A DNA stretch of 64,000 nt, from positions 1 through 64,000 of the IMG/VR virus record IMGVR_UViG_3300034684_000059; one strand, written 5' to 3'. The notes below the pieces were generated by a model. The model was not told the DNA's origin, did not search any database, and was given only the letters and a program-made list of their open reading frames with translations. Below, piece after piece: positions 19,635 through 29,414 of this stretch (position 1 is its first letter; each line of letters opens with the position of its first letter). The stretch comes from a virus (taxonomy: Duplodnaviria > Caudoviricetes). The translations under genes and the position numbers were made by a program.

Positions 19635-19650
19635 ATACAGGAGATTACTC

Positions 19651-21204
19651 GTGTACGGAAGACATCGCATAAACGCCAATTCGGATTGGGAACGTAACGT
19701 TTCCAAAGCACAATTGTTTGTATTCACACCACAAGTTATTGCCCCGGTGACAGTGAGACCTACTAGATTTAGTGTCACTGCTAAATTCGTAGATACCGTA
19801 TCCAAAGAACTGGAACGAAATGATACCTTTCTTGGGAATTACGGACGAACACTTCCTTTAGAGGAATTTAATAGTGAATCAAACTACGTTATAACTCCGT
19901 CAAGACACGGACACACTGTTAATTATCGGGAATATCAGGACTTTGCTACATTCATGTTGGTCTGGGATAATCCTCCAATATACGGAAGACGAGTCAATAC
20001 GCCTTCAAACACTCGATTCATCTATATCGGGTATTTTCTGACCGACCAGCCAGTGATACAACGGTACGGACGAAAAATGCTGCAAGAAGATGCTCGTCTG
20101 ATATTCACGCACGTAAACCAAGTAGACATCACTGGAAACCATAGTGCGTTTGGGTCAAATTATCGTACCTTCTCACGGCAAAGTGTGGACATTGTTGATC
20201 CTACTGCAGTTGTTCAGTTAAACCGAGACCGGCAATACCGACTCGATCCCGATATCCTTCTTCAGACGGAATACACTTCTGGAGATGGAAGCGTTGTAAC
20301 TAGTGTACCTGCAGAATCCCATGTTCTTACTACTAACAGCCCGTTGCAGTTCAATAACAACTTATACAAACCAAAAGCTCAACTTCGTTCTATCTTTAGT
20401 GGTATTCGGAAAAAGATAACCCAGGATAGAGCCGCTGCTGGTGCTACTGCAGGATTTTCTTCGATGTATCGTTCAGGATACGCTGGAGAAAGACACGCAG
20501 TTGCTCATCAGATGTCAACGCAAGCGCCTAAACTGAAAATAGGGTTCGAGGTCAATCAAATCTACACTATCGAAGAGTTGTTGGGAGAGTGTCCTTCCTT
20601 AAAGAACCGAGATAATGTGGAGGTACTTAATCTTCCGTTTGATCTTGGCTGCGATGCTCTGCAGACTGATACTCCTACTGTTACCAACATATGGACGGCA
20701 CTTATCGAATCGACACTCCCGATATGGTTCGAAGATGCCGGTATCACGGACATAGCTCTGCGTTACTCCACGTATCCTGAAGGAAGACCTGCACGCATTT
20801 TATCACAAGATGCTTCGTGGGAAATCTTGGAAGATTCTTACGGTCAAGCACAACTTGGATTTACTACCAATCTTCAAGACTCTACGACTCAGCGTGCTAT
20901 AGTCGAAACTTGCATATCGTCATTGGAACGCGATGTGTTCGAAATCATACTGGAGAACGCTGGAGATTTTGATTTGACAATCTACTACAATTGTTACAAT
21001 CGAACTATGGTACAACTCCAGTTCCGGGATGAAGACCCACTTCCTGCAGGGGCATACACTGTAAGTCACGGAACCTACAGAAGCATAGCTACTCCTCTCA
21101 TCGGAGACGAAGAGGACGAAGACTACAATCGCTCGGCGTTAGGTGAATTGGTAGATGGCGTACTTAATAATGTAGAGAAAATTGACGTCGTTCTCGACTA
21201 TTAA
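19651..21204 (+). CDS. Putative nuclear import factor PicA/Imp1 (phiKZ gp69-like)
   Basis: 517 aa, GTG start after AGGAG. FMLVWD...RFIYIGY and IFTHVNQV resemble the gp69 family as recalled. Synteny gp68-(x)-gp69-gp70. Confidence 0.5.
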   Translation: MYGRHRINANSDWERNVSKAQLFVFTPQVIAPVTVRPTRFSVTAKFVDTVSKELERNDTFLGNYGRTLPLEEFNSESNYVITPSRHGHTVNYREYQDFATFMLVWDNPPIYGRRVNTPSNTRFIYIGYFLTDQPVIQRYGRKMLQEDARLIFTHVNQVDITGNHSAFGSNYRTFSRQSVDIVDPTAVVQLNRDRQYRLDPDILLQTEYTSGDGSVVTSVPAESHVLTTNSPLQFNNNLYKPKAQLRSIFSGIRKKITQDRAAAGATAGFSSMYRSGYAGERHAVAHQMSTQAPKLKIGFEVNQIYTIEELLGECPSLKNRDNVEVLNLPFDLGCDALQTDTPTVTNIWTALIESTLPIWFEDAGITDIALRYSTYPEGRPARILSQDASWEILEDSYGQAQLGFTTNLQDSTTQRAIVETCISSLERDVFEIILENAGDFDLTIYYNCYNRTMVQLQFRDEDPLPAGAYTVSHGTYRSIATPLIGDEEDEDYNRSALGELVDGVLNNVEKIDVVLDY

Positions 21205-21221
21205 CTTAAACTGGAGGTAGT

Positions 21222-22349
21222 ATGACTCAATATAGCCATAAAGATATAACCGCGTTTATCAACGCGATTATTCGTGTATCTCGCATGGTAGAAGTCCATA
21301 ACAACCGGATAGTTTGGACAGACGGAGATCCGGTAGTTGTTCAACTCAAGGATAAAAAAGCTCCGCTCTTCACATACACAAGAAGTCCGGATGATCCGGA
21401 CGCAATCGTACTCAACCCGTTACACGAAACTATGACATCGTCTGTTGACAGAATTTGGTTCTACAAACAGTTGAACTTAGGGTTCGTGACTCATCTGCAA
21501 AGAACTATAAAGTTCCTCGTAGAGATCGTACTGCACGATTGTCAGGATAAACCGGAACTTTTGAAATACATGAAGGGTATCGATGAAAACGACATCGATG
21601 AAAAATTCCTGAAAGAATTGGAGTTTCTTTACAATACACAGGGTGATGGGTTTTTCAGTATCAGTTACAACGCAGCGAAGAAAACAACAAAAGTATTTGC
21701 TGGTGTAGAAGATCCGACAGGAGAATACCAGAAGGCAGTTCCCAGTACAAAATTCCGGAAAAAATCCTGGAAACTTCTGACGACGATCATCAGGAATCTT
21801 CTCAGGGTAAATGATGACGAAACTATCGCATCCAAATACGAAACGTCTACAGACAACCTGGCGTGTCCGCAGTTCCTTACGTTTGTTCCCACTTGGCACA
21901 AATTGTGGGTGGCTATAGCTCCGGCTTGCAAATATACCATGGAATCTCTGGACATTAGTCTGGAAGCTGATCTGAGTGAAATCGAAGAGCATCTTCCCAA
22001 CATCCTGACGTACAACAGCATGTCTAACTGGGCAGCATCAGTACACAATCATAAGCCCAACTTGAATAAGATCAAGTCAGCTATGACTGCAACCACAAGG
22101 GATGTCTTACTTGACGATACTGAAGTGGTTGTCGATCGTTCACGTCCTCGGGTTCAAGAACCTTACCGAGAATCTCGTAATGACTACTCGGATGCAGTAG
22201 CTGCACTCGAAGCGATCGGAGTATATCCGAAATCTCCGTATTCTCGTAACGACACGTCGTATCGTGCACGACCTGTAGACGATTATCGCCCGACATATAC
22301 AAGTCGTTCGATATCATCTCGAGTTCGTGTAGGATATCGTAGACGGTAA
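21222..22349 (+). CDS. Conserved nucleus-phage protein (phiKZ gp70-like) with R/Y/S-rich tail
   Basis: 375 aa, RBS GGAGG, IVLNPLHE motif, syntenic position. Confidence 0.5.
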   Translation: MTQYSHKDITAFINAIIRVSRMVEVHNNRIVWTDGDPVVVQLKDKKAPLFTYTRSPDDPDAIVLNPLHETMTSSVDRIWFYKQLNLGFVTHLQRTIKFLVEIVLHDCQDKPELLKYMKGIDENDIDEKFLKELEFLYNTQGDGFFSISYNAAKKTTKVFAGVEDPTGEYQKAVPSTKFRKKSWKLLTTIIRNLLRVNDDETIASKYETSTDNLACPQFLTFVPTWHKLWVAIAPACKYTMESLDISLEADLSEIEEHLPNILTYNSMSNWAASVHNHKPNLNKIKSAMTATTRDVLLDDTEVVVDRSRPRVQEPYRESRNDYSDAVAALEAIGVYPKSPYSRNDTSYRARPVDDYRPTYTSRSISSRVRVGYRRR

Positions 22350-22355
22350 TATCGA

Positions 22356-22393
22356 CATAGAGAGTTCTCCCTACTTTGGGAGAACTCTCTATG
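22356..22393 (+). terminator. Hairpin terminator
   Basis: CATAGAGAGTTCTCCC-tacttt-GGGAGAACTCTCTATG, 16-bp stem. Confidence 0.7.
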
Positions 22394-22458
22394 ATTAATA
22401 GTGTGATTAGAAGTTTATTTTTGTCTTTCTGAAAGATATTACGATAAGGAGGATACAG

Positions 22459-23574
22459 ATGTCTACAACCATACAAGAATATACAGGGATAGTTCTTGAA
22501 GACAAACCTAGAGATTCCAGAATAATAAAAGTTCTCATACCTGAACTTACTCCGTTTTATCAAGGTACGACTCAACCTATAGTGGAGAAAAAACTTGTAA
22601 AGTCAGGCAGTGACGATACTCTTCCCCCGATATCAGAGATCCATGTCTCTAATTATTTTACGGCTACATTTTTTGGAGATACCAATCGAAGATATCCTCC
22701 AGATGTTAGACGATCAGAACAGGTAAGAATATATAAAATCAAAGATCAAGATGTTCTTTTTTGGGAGTCATATGGCCGAGACGACAAACTAAGAACTACA
22801 GAGAGGTTACATATCGGTATAGCTGCTAAACCAGACATCGATTCTGAGCTTACGACAGACAATACGTATTTTCTGGAATTTGACAGTTTTAAAAAACATG
22901 TAGTATTGAAGACCTCTACTGCCAACGGAGAATCGTGTAAGTATTTGTTGAAAATGGATGTCGATAAAGGAGAACTCTATCTTTGTGACGATGTCAACAA
23001 TGAAGTGTACATAAATTCGCATGCTCCAAGAATTCGTATAAAAAACAAATCCGGCACGTTACTTGATCTTCATAAAGAAAATCTATTGGCATCCGCATTA
23101 AAAGACTGCGTTATTAAAGCTGGAAGACAGCTTGTGATAGACTCTCCTGCGATGACATTTTCGAATTCAAACAAGTCAGGAACCATGGTCTGGAATGCTA
23201 AAGATGTGACGATGAATCTGAAGAAATCTTGGGTGTGCAATTCTCCTGCGATAGGTCTAAATGGAGCAGTCGTTACTGACACTGTAGTTGCTAAACACGT
23301 TCAGGCAGAAGGATTTTCTACTGGGATGCAAGGGGGGAACTACTCTTCATCAAATATAGATTTGAAAACAGGAGAAGGGAATAACCCATCAAATCCTCCC
23401 AACGCTGGAGGGAACAGTAGTTCCAATAGACACTGTACTGCCTGGGAAGAATTCAGCGAAGCATTACGTATAGTGCACCATTGTTTGAGTATCAAGAATC
23501 CGGATTGTCCAGAACTTGATTCCTTGTTAGACCTTGCCAACAAAGCAAAAATGCCACTCAATCGAGGTAAATGA
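22459..23574 (+). CDS. Putative baseplate central spike (gp5/VgrG-like OB fold plus beta-rich region)
   Basis: GIVLEDKP.DS..IKV.IPE..P...PPDVRRSEQV.IY, then repeated short beta strands (LKTS.ANGE..Y..KMD...GE..L.DD.NN). Confidence 0.6.
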   Translation: MSTTIQEYTGIVLEDKPRDSRIIKVLIPELTPFYQGTTQPIVEKKLVKSGSDDTLPPISEIHVSNYFTATFFGDTNRRYPPDVRRSEQVRIYKIKDQDVLFWESYGRDDKLRTTERLHIGIAAKPDIDSELTTDNTYFLEFDSFKKHVVLKTSTANGESCKYLLKMDVDKGELYLCDDVNNEVYINSHAPRIRIKNKSGTLLDLHKENLLASALKDCVIKAGRQLVIDSPAMTFSNSNKSGTMVWNAKDVTMNLKKSWVCNSPAIGLNGAVVTDTVVAKHVQAEGFSTGMQGGNYSSSNIDLKTGEGNNPSNPPNAGGNSSSNRHCTAWEEFSEALRIVHHCLSIKNPDCPELDSLLDLANKAKMPLNRGK

Positions 23575-24173
23575 TGTATTTTCCACATCTTCCAAAGACT
23601 CTACACATCATAGATGAATCTACCCGATGGTTCGTTTCTCCGGAAAAATACGAATTTAAATTGTATCCGGAATTAGATCATCAAGAATTTCTCAAAGCTG
23701 CCGAGATACTGAATACTGCAACACTCAACTGGGCTAAATTTGAAATTACCCTTAAACAAGATACAGCATTTGTTCCATTTATAATGGGATGTTCTTTGTC
23801 CAATTTTGGAACAAAAGAATTTTTTGATGCATTAGAAGAGTGCAGCTACACGAACGATCCAATAGACGATCCTGATACTTACATGTTTCCTTCTCAGTCA
23901 CAGATCCGATTTACAGAAGAGCTCAATCTTCTTAGACGAGTCGTCGATTGTAAAGTACTTGAAAGTATGGTTGGTCGTGGATGGTTCATGATTTTAAGTA
24001 GTGTTCCTCACTATAGAGAAAGATTGAAGCTAAACACCAAATCAGATGAAGCTAGTTTTCAAGATAGTCTTATATACTCACTAGTCACACTTCATCCATA
24101 TTTTTGGAGTTTACCTTATTTTGCTGGTCTTGAACTTTTCAGAAAATTCTGGATAAAATCTTCAAGAGATTAA
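23571..24173 (+). CDS. Hypothetical protein
   Basis: 200-aa ORF abutting the spike gene. Confidence 0.55.
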   Translation: MMYFPHLPKTLHIIDESTRWFVSPEKYEFKLYPELDHQEFLKAAEILNTATLNWAKFEITLKQDTAFVPFIMGCSLSNFGTKEFFDALEECSYTNDPIDDPDTYMFPSQSQIRFTEELNLLRRVVDCKVLESMVGRGWFMILSSVPHYRERLKLNTKSDEASFQDSLIYSLVTLHPYFWSLPYFAGLELFRKFWIKSSRD

Positions 24174-24197
24174 AACCCACATACTACGGTACACATA

Positions 24198-24223
24198 GGA
24201 GACTCCTTTATAAAGGAGTCTCC
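24198..24223. terminator. Palindromic hairpin between convergent genes
   Basis: GGAGACTCCTTTA/TAAAGGAGTCTCC. Confidence 0.65.
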
Positions 24224-24245
24224 CATATAAGTAATCTAATTTGAG

Positions 24246-24593
24246 TTACTTTAATGATTCCATCGTGCGATATGTCTGATAGTGTTCTAAAATGTCGTCG
24301 TGATTAGGAATTAAAAGCTGAGACATATTTTTAAATTCCAGTTCAGAAGAATATCCATTCAAAAGTAAAAATATATCGAGCATATCCAAAGGATATCTGC
24401 GATCTCTTAGTACATCGCACGGTCGATATTCATACATGTGTGCTTCTTCTAATGTTAAAGAAATAACTTTTGCAGATTTGCGCAAATGTTCTATATGATC
24501 AGTAACGTATCTTCTCCAATTTCCTGTCAATCTAAGGTGTTCCATAGAACCCTGTGTGAGAACAAGTAAACTCATAATTGCTCCTACATTCAT
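24246..24593 (-). CDS. Small LysM-like baseplate protein (T4 gp53-like)
   Basis: YEYRP..VL....P.DM..IFLLLNG..S..EF.....LLIP pattern. Confidence 0.5.
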   Translation of the reverse strand: MNVGAIMSLLVLTQGSMEHLRLTGNWRRYVTDHIEHLRKSAKVISLTLEEAHMYEYRPCDVLRDRRYPLDMLDIFLLLNGYSSELEFKNMSQLLIPNHDDILEHYQTYRTMESLK

Positions 24594-24607
24594 TGTTCAA
24601 TGAGGTA

Positions 24608-24622
24608 TATATTACTATTGTG
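24608..24622 (+). promoter_or_regulatory. Early promoter TATATTAC-N5-TG
   Basis: Exact motif upstream of the nvRNAP beta gene. Confidence 0.7.
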
Positions 24623-24660
24623 TAAGATCCGAAATAAACTAAAGTTATTGGAGGAACATA

Positions 24661-26823
24661 ATGAGTCACGAAGATGATCTTTCTCCCAACCCATACCTGG
24701 AAAGAGACAAAAAGAAATATCCGATGATGTCGAATCTGAACTTCGATGTCAGATTACTTGGAACAAAACCAGTATTGTGTCCCATGTTACCGTCGAATTC
24801 ATCTCAGCGTATGGCTATGTTCTCGCATAACATCAGTGGAGCACCCATACCACATCATCCGGAATTTCCTGCAGTAGCATCTGGGTTTGAACATAAGTTC
24901 ATGGAGTACACGTTCAATACATCCAGATTCGTTGCAGACGGTACGATCCTAGCTATTGTTAGTAAGTATCAAGTAGGACAAGGTCTTTATCCTATCACGT
25001 TCAATCCGATGAATTACGTGATATACTTAAACCATGAAGATCAGACCGTAGATTACGTCACAACAGAACAATACACTCGTTGTACTAACGGATTCGGTTA
25101 TAAAAACATCATCGATGAAAGATTGCTTCGTCCAGGTACCCGTGTCGAAGCAGGACAAACACTCACGCATTCTCCCGCAGTCCAAGGTGAAAAATATTGT
25201 CTTGGAACTAATCTTAATGTTGCCTATATGTCGTCCATATACACAACGGAAGACGCCATGGGGATGTCTCGCAGTACCGCCAAACGACTTGGTACTACTG
25301 GGGTAAAAATGATACCCATCGACATCCAACGCAACTACGTACCTTTGAACTTATACGGAACTCCCGAAGAGTATAAGTTCATACCCGATATGTATGGACA
25401 GGTACGTGAAGATGGGATTTTGTGTGGGTTCCGTGAAGTTGATCCTAATACTTTGTTTTTGGACATGAACCCAGAAAGTCTTATGTCTCCGCAGTATCAC
25501 ACGGATTACTTGTACTATGCTCCTCCAGGAGCTACGATCGTAGACATAGACATGTACAAAAATCCTATCAGCAAAGTAAAGACTCCTGAACATATCTTTG
25601 CTCAGGTAGATGCGTATATCCAAAATTCCCTCATTGGATATAAACAGCTCATGAAAGTCTATTATGAACATTGTGTACAAAAAGGACATCGTCCAAGTTC
25701 TGCATTCAATACGCTGATCACAAATACAGAAATGATCCTTCATGCTAATGGCGTAAGATCTAAAAATCTAAAATCGATCCCAAAATATGCATACAAAGGA
25801 GAAGCGATCAATTTCATCCGTATGAATCTGACATACACACACACTATTGAAGTAAATTGCGGAGCTAAAACAACAGATCGTCAAGGTGCCAAAGGCGTTA
25901 GTAGTATCATTATAGATGATGAGCATATGCCGGTTAACGAATATGGTGTTAGAGCAGACATAGTCATTTGTCCGATGACTCCGACTAACCGAATGAATTT
26001 CGGACAGTTGTATGAACAATTCATAGGAATATTACAATACGCAGTTATACGAGAGTGTAAACAATACTACAAAACCGACCCTTTAAGAGCTTACGATAAG
26101 ATCCTAGAATTCTTTTATGACGTTAACACAGAGTATGGTAAACTTTGTGAACAAGCACATAGAACTGATAAATCTAAGATCTCGTTGGTAGATGAACTTA
26201 TAGGGTTAGGATATCTTCCAGTAGTTTGTCCTCCTGGGTTATCAAATATTGGTCCGGACTGGGTGCTCGAAATGCGTGACAAATATAATGCATTTCCTAC
26301 TCCTGTGTCATATAACCAAACAGACGCGGAAGGCAATGTCATAAGAAGAGTAACTACAATTCGACCGATATACATAGGACCGGTTTACAGATACATCCTG
26401 TGCAAGAACCCACATGTACGGGCCAGTGGTATGTCGTATGTGAACCAGATGAGCGTACCTATAACCATAAAGCGAACAGATGTCAAACACCAACATCCTA
26501 TCGGCATAGTCCCCATACGTATCGGAGAAGATGAAGTCAGAAACCTTATCATGACGGTAGGTCCTATGGCATATCGTATCATCTCACTATATGCCAATGC
26601 TCCTGCAGCAACCAGGATCATGGGAAGACAGTTGTTGACGGCGAAAAAGCCTTCCAATATCAAATGGATCAATGTTTCAGAACAAGAACTCAATTCCATG
26701 AACGTCATGACTCAGGTGACAAAACATATGTTGGCTACCTGCGGAATAGATGCAGAAAATGTTGTAGTTGATAAAGAAAGCATGAAGAAATGGTTGGCGT
26801 TACGTCGTGCCTCTAGAAAATAA
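24661..26823 (+). CDS. Non-virion RNA polymerase beta subunit, C-terminal part (phiKZ gp71-73-like)
   Basis: NSSQRMAMFS, GTNLNVAYMS...EDA, GAKTTDRQGAKGV, GVRADIVI.P...NRMNFGQLYEQ and PIRIGEDE beta motifs. Uninterrupted. Confidence 0.9.
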   Translation: MSHEDDLSPNPYLERDKKKYPMMSNLNFDVRLLGTKPVLCPMLPSNSSQRMAMFSHNISGAPIPHHPEFPAVASGFEHKFMEYTFNTSRFVADGTILAIVSKYQVGQGLYPITFNPMNYVIYLNHEDQTVDYVTTEQYTRCTNGFGYKNIIDERLLRPGTRVEAGQTLTHSPAVQGEKYCLGTNLNVAYMSSIYTTEDAMGMSRSTAKRLGTTGVKMIPIDIQRNYVPLNLYGTPEEYKFIPDMYGQVREDGILCGFREVDPNTLFLDMNPESLMSPQYHTDYLYYAPPGATIVDIDMYKNPISKVKTPEHIFAQVDAYIQNSLIGYKQLMKVYYEHCVQKGHRPSSAFNTLITNTEMILHANGVRSKNLKSIPKYAYKGEAINFIRMNLTYTHTIEVNCGAKTTDRQGAKGVSSIIIDDEHMPVNEYGVRADIVICPMTPTNRMNFGQLYEQFIGILQYAVIRECKQYYKTDPLRAYDKILEFFYDVNTEYGKLCEQAHRTDKSKISLVDELIGLGYLPVVCPPGLSNIGPDWVLEMRDKYNAFPTPVSYNQTDAEGNVIRRVTTIRPIYIGPVYRYILCKNPHVRASGMSYVNQMSVPITIKRTDVKHQHPIGIVPIRIGEDEVRNLIMTVGPMAYRIISLYANAPAATRIMGRQLLTAKKPSNIKWINVSEQELNSMNVMTQVTKHMLATCGIDAENVVVDKESMKKWLALRRASRK

Positions 26824-26832
26824 GGAGATATC

Positions 26833-28782
26833 GTGTACCTGACACAATCTGATATAAGACCAACGTTCGGACATGAAATCCTAGCCAATAACAGACACCC
26901 CAAAGGTTGGGTAACTGTCAAATTTGATGATGGAGAAAAAGATCTTCCCATACAGCAAGTTATCGTCAATGCCCCTATATGGGGTATCTTGCATGCTATG
27001 GATATGAAAGTCAAAACAAAGCATGTTTTCATAAAGGATACGTACTCTAATGATCTTCTCAAGAAAGCAATGACGAAAATCTTCTTAGAGGTTAAAGATC
27101 GTTGTCCTGAAAGAATACAAGAGTTTGTGACTGCTATCTGGGATTGTGCTAATACCATCAATGAACTTGGTGCATTTGAACTTGCAGAACACCATTGTAC
27201 TATCTCTCTTCCTGATCTTGCAGAGATCATGAATGAACCTGCAATGAAAGCGATCACGGATGTTGATCTGACCAATCGATTCGGAACCAACGTTATTGAA
27301 ATGACTCTCAATGACGTAAGAGGAAAAATGTGCAAGTTGCTTGGAACTAAAGGAGCATTAAAAAATGATACGCTTCTTCATTTTCAGCAAACTAACAACA
27401 TAAATCCGAATCAGATGACTCAAGCTTTAGTTGCGTTCGGTCTTCGTACAGAAGTTAACGACATCGTTATTCCAAGAGCGGTACAAGGATCATCTTTAAC
27501 GATGATGCGCGATATCAGAGATATCGCTATCGAGCCTCATGCTGCACGTAAAGCTGCAGTCATGAACCACGCAGCCATCCAAGAATCACAATACTGGGGA
27601 AGAAAAGATCAGTTGCTCCTAAGCGCGATACTCGGAATCGTCCCCGGGGATTGTGGCGCACACAAAACTATAGAAGTTATCCTTAACAAAACGAATATGT
27701 GGTGCTATGTGGGCAAAAACTACATCGCAGACGATGGGCACATAGCTCACATAAATGTGGACAATATGGAAGCTCTTATAGATATACCCCTCCAGATGAT
27801 CACTGTTGGTGGATGTCGTCACAGACATGGGGTATGTGAAACTTGTTTCGGACAACTCCATCTGACCATACCTAAAACAATGAATTTAGGATTGGTTTCT
27901 GCTACCACGATGGTATCTAAAGTGTCTCAGATGATCTTGTCTACAAAACATCTCATCAAGACGTTGTCCAAGATATACGAACTTCCCCCACATGCAGAAG
28001 AAGTATTCCAGAGAAATATCAAAGGTATCTCACTTCATCCTACGTTCCATAAAGAAATGAAGAACAAAGAGTGGTATCTCGGGATAGATCAACGCGACCT
28101 TTATGGAGGTCGATCTGATCTTATTGAGTTGGATAGAGATCTTCCTATCCCGGAAGACAGATTCTCAAGCATCCATTCCGCGTATATCAAATTCACATCG
28201 GACGATGGTCGGGATATCTTTTACGAACTTCCTTTGGATGTTAATGACGTACGACCGTATCTTGCATCAGAATTCATCTTGACGATGAAAGATAAATATC
28301 AGGATATCGTACAAGAAGATCAACTTTTATGGATACCCATGAAAAATCTTCCTAACATGCCTATATTTAGATCTCTGATCATAAACGACTCTATGTCCGA
28401 ATACGTAGAAAGAGTTAAAGCTTTCCTTGAAAGTAAACCTCTTTCAAAACACAAAACATTCCAAGGTGCAATAGAACATTTCACCGAACTGATTTGGTCT
28501 AAAGTTAACATAAACATTGCACATTTGGAAGTGATATTACGAGCTCACATGATTCATGATGAAAACGATTGGTCGATACCGACAAATCCGGATCTGAACA
28601 ATGTGACGTTTGCTCCTACAGGAAGAATACTTCAGAGAAGAACTCTGTCTGAGATGATGTCGTTCGAAGGACACAATGCGCATTTTATGCGGCCACAAAC
28701 GTACGTTATACCTTCGACTAGAGGACCTTTCGATCCATTCTACGATTTTGATCGCCATTGGATACGTGGCAAACTGGGCTAA
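26833..28782 (+). CDS. Non-virion RNA polymerase beta' subunit, C-terminal part (phiKZ gp74-like)
   Basis: GDCG...C....GVCETCFG Zn site, NLG..SAT..VSQMILSTKH trigger-loop-like region and HLEVILRA. Confidence 0.85.
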   Translation: MYLTQSDIRPTFGHEILANNRHPKGWVTVKFDDGEKDLPIQQVIVNAPIWGILHAMDMKVKTKHVFIKDTYSNDLLKKAMTKIFLEVKDRCPERIQEFVTAIWDCANTINELGAFELAEHHCTISLPDLAEIMNEPAMKAITDVDLTNRFGTNVIEMTLNDVRGKMCKLLGTKGALKNDTLLHFQQTNNINPNQMTQALVAFGLRTEVNDIVIPRAVQGSSLTMMRDIRDIAIEPHAARKAAVMNHAAIQESQYWGRKDQLLLSAILGIVPGDCGAHKTIEVILNKTNMWCYVGKNYIADDGHIAHINVDNMEALIDIPLQMITVGGCRHRHGVCETCFGQLHLTIPKTMNLGLVSATTMVSKVSQMILSTKHLIKTLSKIYELPPHAEEVFQRNIKGISLHPTFHKEMKNKEWYLGIDQRDLYGGRSDLIELDRDLPIPEDRFSSIHSAYIKFTSDDGRDIFYELPLDVNDVRPYLASEFILTMKDKYQDIVQEDQLLWIPMKNLPNMPIFRSLIINDSMSEYVERVKAFLESKPLSKHKTFQGAIEHFTELIWSKVNINIAHLEVILRAHMIHDENDWSIPTNPDLNNVTFAPTGRILQRRTLSEMMSFEGHNAHFMRPQTYVIPSTRGPFDPFYDFDRHWIRGKLG

Positions 28783-28850
28783 CGTAGGATTAAGGGGGGA
28801 TTAACTATCCCCCCATTAAATTTTACTTAATTTTTGAATGGAGTAGTATC

Positions 28851-29351
28851 ATGTCCAAAACTACAGATGCCAAGAAAACTGCAGTTAAATCGAACACCAA
28901 GAAGACTTCTACAGTAAAACCTAAAAAAACTAAGGTCACTACCAAAAAACCCACTACGGCAAAATCCAAAACTACTAAACAAGAAAAACCTTCATCTAAG
29001 AAAACTGTGGCAAGCAAGAAACCTACTACTAAAGCAAAAGTAACAAAAGAACAGCTTCAAGATATCGTAGATCAAGCAAAAACTGCCAAGCCTATAGACG
29101 AAGATATCGTTGACAAAGAACTTGACAAAAAAATTGAGATGAGTCGTAGTGCCGCTATACATGACCCGTACATGCACAGAGAAACTCTTGTACCTCCTGA
29201 AGAAGGTGCATTTGCTAAAGTATTTGCTGCTCGTGCTGAAAGAAAACGATTTGAAGCAGGAGAAATGACCGAAGAAGAAGTTCAAGCATACAAAAAGAAA
29301 CAAATGAAAGAACTTCTTGATCAGTTCCGTGAAAAATTTGATAAGTCATAG
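28851..29351 (+). CDS. Basic K/T-rich (histone H1-like) protein
   Basis: N-terminal ~65 aa are KKT/KPT/AKS low-complexity repeats, followed by a charged helical C-terminus. Flanked by hairpins at 28794-28814 and 29366-29386. Confidence 0.6.
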   Translation: MSKTTDAKKTAVKSNTKKTSTVKPKKTKVTTKKPTTAKSKTTKQEKPSSKKTVASKKPTTKAKVTKEQLQDIVDQAKTAKPIDEDIVDKELDKKIEMSRSAAIHDPYMHRETLVPPEEGAFAKVFAARAERKRFEAGEMTEEEVQAYKKKQMKELLDQFREKFDKS

Positions 29352-29414
29352 TTTTTTATAGTGGTTGGTATCCTATAAGGATACCACCATTAAACTGGGA
29401 ATAGATTATTTGTT

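Noticed and set aside
10592-28782. Group I introns or homing endonucleases in the nvRNAP genes (present in phiKZ)
   Set aside because: All three nvRNAP ORFs are continuous, with no intron or intein signature.
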